In this document: positions 37,192 to 39,611 of the stretch, piece by piece | How positions within the stretch are numbered: position 1 is the stretch's first letter | How the letters are laid out: each line of letters starts with the position of its first letter | Assembly (NCBI GenBank): GCA_046725875.1 | Contig: JBKOZJ010000152.1 | Span: 1 to 39,611, forward strand | Source of the DNA: Actinomycetota bacterium | GTDB lineage: Bacteria > Actinomycetota > Actinomycetes > JAKEEW01 | Length of the DNA stretch: 39,611 nt | Direction: 5' to 3' | The notes under the pieces: model-generated | What the model saw: only the letters and a program-made list of their open reading frames with translations | Database searches by the model: none | Told to the model about the DNA's origin: nothing | Program-made: the position numbers and the translations under genes

Positions 37192-37946
37192 GCGCCCTGG
37201 CCGGCCGCACCGCCCTGGTCACCGGCAGCTCGCGGGGCATTGGCGCGGCCATCGCCGCCGAGTTCGCCCAGCGCGGTGCCGCGGTCGCCGTCCACGGCCG
37301 GGACACCGGCGCCATGGCCGGCGTAGTCGCCGGTATCCGCGGCGACGGCGGCAACGCCATAGCCGTGACCGGGGACGTCACCAGGCTCGGCGATATCGAG
37401 GCGATGCGGCACCAGATCGAGGACGACCTGGGCCCGGTCGACATCCTGGTCGCCAACGCCGGCGGCAGCTTCACCCCGCCCGCGAAACTGGAAGACATCC
37501 CCGTGGAGGGCTGGCAGGCCACCATCGACGGAAACCTGCTGGCCACCTTCCTCACCCTTAAAAGCTTCCTGCCCGGCATGAAGCAACGACGGCGCGGCGT
37601 GATCATCACGATCGCCTCCGCGGCCGGCCGCAAGCCCGATGCCCGCGCGCCCATCCCCTACGGCGCGGCCAAGGCCGGCATCGCCCTGCTCACCCAAGAC
37701 GTCGCCGCCCAGGCCGGACCGCACGGAATCCGGGCCAACTGCATTGCACCCGAAACCATCCTGACCGAACGCAACCGCCAGCTGATCCCAGCCGCCCAAC
37801 AGGACAACTGGGCCGAGTTCCACCCCCTGAAGCGGCTCGGCGCCCCCGCCGACGTCGCGGCCGCCGCCGCGTTCCTGGTCTCCGACCAAGCTGCATGGAT
37901 CACCGGCGTGGTCCTCGATATCGCCGGCGGCGCCATCATGACTTAA
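37188..37946 (+). CDS. Short-chain dehydrogenase/reductase
   Basis: TGSSRGIG, ANAG, YGAAK; ATGA overlap with the upstream gene. Confidence 0.93.
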   Translation: MSALAGRTALVTGSSRGIGAAIAAEFAQRGAAVAVHGRDTGAMAGVVAGIRGDGGNAIAVTGDVTRLGDIEAMRHQIEDDLGPVDILVANAGGSFTPPAKLEDIPVEGWQATIDGNLLATFLTLKSFLPGMKQRRRGVIITIASAAGRKPDARAPIPYGAAKAGIALLTQDVAAQAGPHGIRANCIAPETILTERNRQLIPAAQQDNWAEFHPLKRLGAPADVAAAAAFLVSDQAAWITGVVLDIAGGAIMT

Positions 37947-38400
37947 CCCAGCCCTGGCACGGACAACTTCGACCGGCACATACGGTTCCGGCTTCCCGAG
38001 CCAGTCGTGCACAGCCCGAAGCAGGAGCGGGCACCCGGGAGCTGGCTTTACGGCGAGGACGCCACCCCGGTCCTCACGCAGATCCCCGGCATCGGCGCCT
38101 TCGTCCGCGCACTCCTACCGGTACACCTATCCGGCGGATACCGGGTCACCTACGGCGTGTGGTCGGCATTCACCCCGACGATCTCCAGCGGAGTGCCGCA
38201 GCATGATGGACACCCGAATGCGCAGCTGCGGCTGGTCGGCCACCTGGCCAACCAGATCCCACCCTGGCGACTACACGGTCGACCTCGCCGTCCTCGACCT
38301 CGAGCACACGCCCTACTGCATGGCCACCTGCAACAGCCACCCGTCCGCCGTCCTCAACGACGAATGGGATCACGAACTCGTTCTCTCGGCCATGTCTTAA
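37947..38400 (+). pseudogene. DUF2199-like pseudogene
   Basis: Pieces in different frames: RHIRFRLPEPVV..GAFVRALLPVHLSGGYRVTYGVW / VGIHPDDLQR..*W / LRLVGHLANQIPPW / VDLAVLDLEHTPYC..VLNDEWDHELVL. No start codon. Confidence 0.75.
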
Positions 38401-38464
38401 GACTCACCGTCCGCCGCAGATTCGTGCGACCGATTAGATGCGGGTGCACGCACGGCGTGACGCC

Positions 38465-39235
38465 TTAGGGTTCGCGCTTCTCGACCCGAGTCCATCCGGT
38501 CCAGCCACGCTCAGCGATCAGCTCCCGCAGCCGCGCGACAGCGGGGTGGGCGCCATCGGCGAACGAGTCCATCAGGCGGATGAACGCCGCGTCGGGCATG
38601 TGTTCGTCCTGCCAGTCCAGCTCCCCGCTGGCCGCCGCCTGCTCGAACAGCTCGCTCATCAGGTCGGCCGTCTCGCGCAGCAGCTCCTCGTCCTCCCAGT
38701 TCTCCGCGATCCGACCGATGAGCTGGTAGAGCCGGACGGTCTTCGGGTCGGCGAGCTGGGCCACCTTGTCGGCCATGACCGCCGGGATCGCCTCCGGCCA
38801 GCGTGCCGCCATCAGGATCCAGGCGTCCCGCTCGGCCTCGATGATCGCATCCCGCGCTCCGGTTGCACGGAGGCGGTCCAGGTAGTCGACGACCTCCTCC
38901 GGGAGAGCCAACGAGTCGCCGGAGCCTAGCTGCGCGATCCGCCGGCGGTGCTCCTGCAGCGCGCGGATCTGCACACGTAGCTGCCGGTCGATCTCGGCGG
39001 TCGCGGCGGCGAACGTCTCCGGGTCAGCGTCGAGCAGTTCGCGGACCCGCGCCAGCGGGACGCCGGCCTCGGCCAGGGTCCGGATCCGGATGGGTCGCAC
39101 GACCGCGACGGCGTCGTACCTCCGGTAGCCGGAGGCGTCGCGCTCCGGCTCCAGCAGCAGTCCGATCTGGTGGTAGTGCCGCACCGCGCGGGTGGTGGCC
39201 CCGGCGTATGACGCCAGCTGTCCGATCGTCAGCAT
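38465..39235 (-). CDS. MerR-family transcriptional regulator
   Basis: MLTIGQLASYAG.T.RAVRHYHQIGLL.EPERDASGYRRY; TTGACG-N16-CAGGCT ends 6 nt before the ATG. Confidence 0.92.
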   Translation of the reverse strand: MLTIGQLASYAGATTRAVRHYHQIGLLLEPERDASGYRRYDAVAVVRPIRIRTLAEAGVPLARVRELLDADPETFAAATAEIDRQLRVQIRALQEHRRRIAQLGSGDSLALPEEVVDYLDRLRATGARDAIIEAERDAWILMAARWPEAIPAVMADKVAQLADPKTVRLYQLIGRIAENWEDEELLRETADLMSELFEQAAASGELDWQDEHMPDAAFIRLMDSFADGAHPAVARLRELIAERGWTGWTRVEKREP

Positions 39236-39265
39236 TGCTTCAGCCTGCCCGAAGGAGACACATCG

Positions 39266-39611
39266 TCAACTGATCTTGCGGTGGTAGATGGCCATGGCGA
39301 GGGCGTACGCGACGATGAGGAGGCCGACACACCAGGCGAGGGCGATCCAAATGTCGGTGTCGACCGGCTGCTGCGTGAACAGGTCGCGGATCGTGTTGGC
39401 GATGGAGGTCACTGGCTGGTTTTCGGCGAAGGCGCGGACCGAGCCGGGCATCGTGTTGGTGAGCACGAACGCCGAGCTGATGAACGGCAGGAAGATGAGC
39501 GGGTAGGAGAAGGCGCTCGCGCCGTCCACCGACGTCGCGGTCAGGCCGGGGATCACCGCGAGCCAGGTCAGGGCCAGGGTGAACAGGATCAGGATGCCGG
39601 CGACCGCGAGC
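39266..39611 (-). CDS. ABC-2 type permease (DrrB-like), 3' part; begins beyond the window
   Basis: FSYPLIFLPFISSAFV...MPG.VRAFAENQPVTSI...IWIALAWCVG. Confidence 0.9.
   Translation of the reverse strand, partial: LAVAGILILFTLALTWLAVIPGLTATSVDGASAFSYPLIFLPFISSAFVLTNTMPGSVRAFAENQPVTSIANTIRDLFTQQPVDTDIWIALAWCVGLLIVAYALAMAIYHRKIS

Overview
High-GC actinobacterial chromosome segment with two parts. The left part (about 1-21.6 kb) looks like the conserved groEL2 neighbourhood: a HelD-like helicase, ogt, an HD hydrolase, DUF4031, groEL2 with tandem CIRCE, a prenyltransferase-repeat protein, cspA, otsA/otsB, a NapA(DUF3263)-VirR(LytR_C)-like pair, nagA, a DUF62 SAM hydrolase, a RuvC-like hypothetical, a type II flavohemoglobin, MmcQ/YjbR, a GT-C-like membrane protein and a patatin. 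The right part (about 21.6-39.6 kb) is an accessory mosaic. It holds the 3' half of a tRNA-Thr(CGT) that looks like an att scar, a heme peroxidase, small redox/detox cassettes (Rrf2-NIPSNAP, RibD_C-AraC, TetR-SnoaL-SDR, MerR-ABC2, SHOCT-ABC), several pseudogenes and orphaned promoters. I saw no CRISPR array, integrase, transposase or recognisable defence system, and no single clearly new multi-gene system. The best leads are a VirR-like protein with a prion-like Tyr/Gly/Gln domain, a catalytically rewired RuvC-like protein, a peroxidase lacking both heme-ester residues, a HelD lacking the PCh loop next to PafBC-box genes, and a captured SigG-type promoter. All family assignments come from motif recognition by eye, not database searches.
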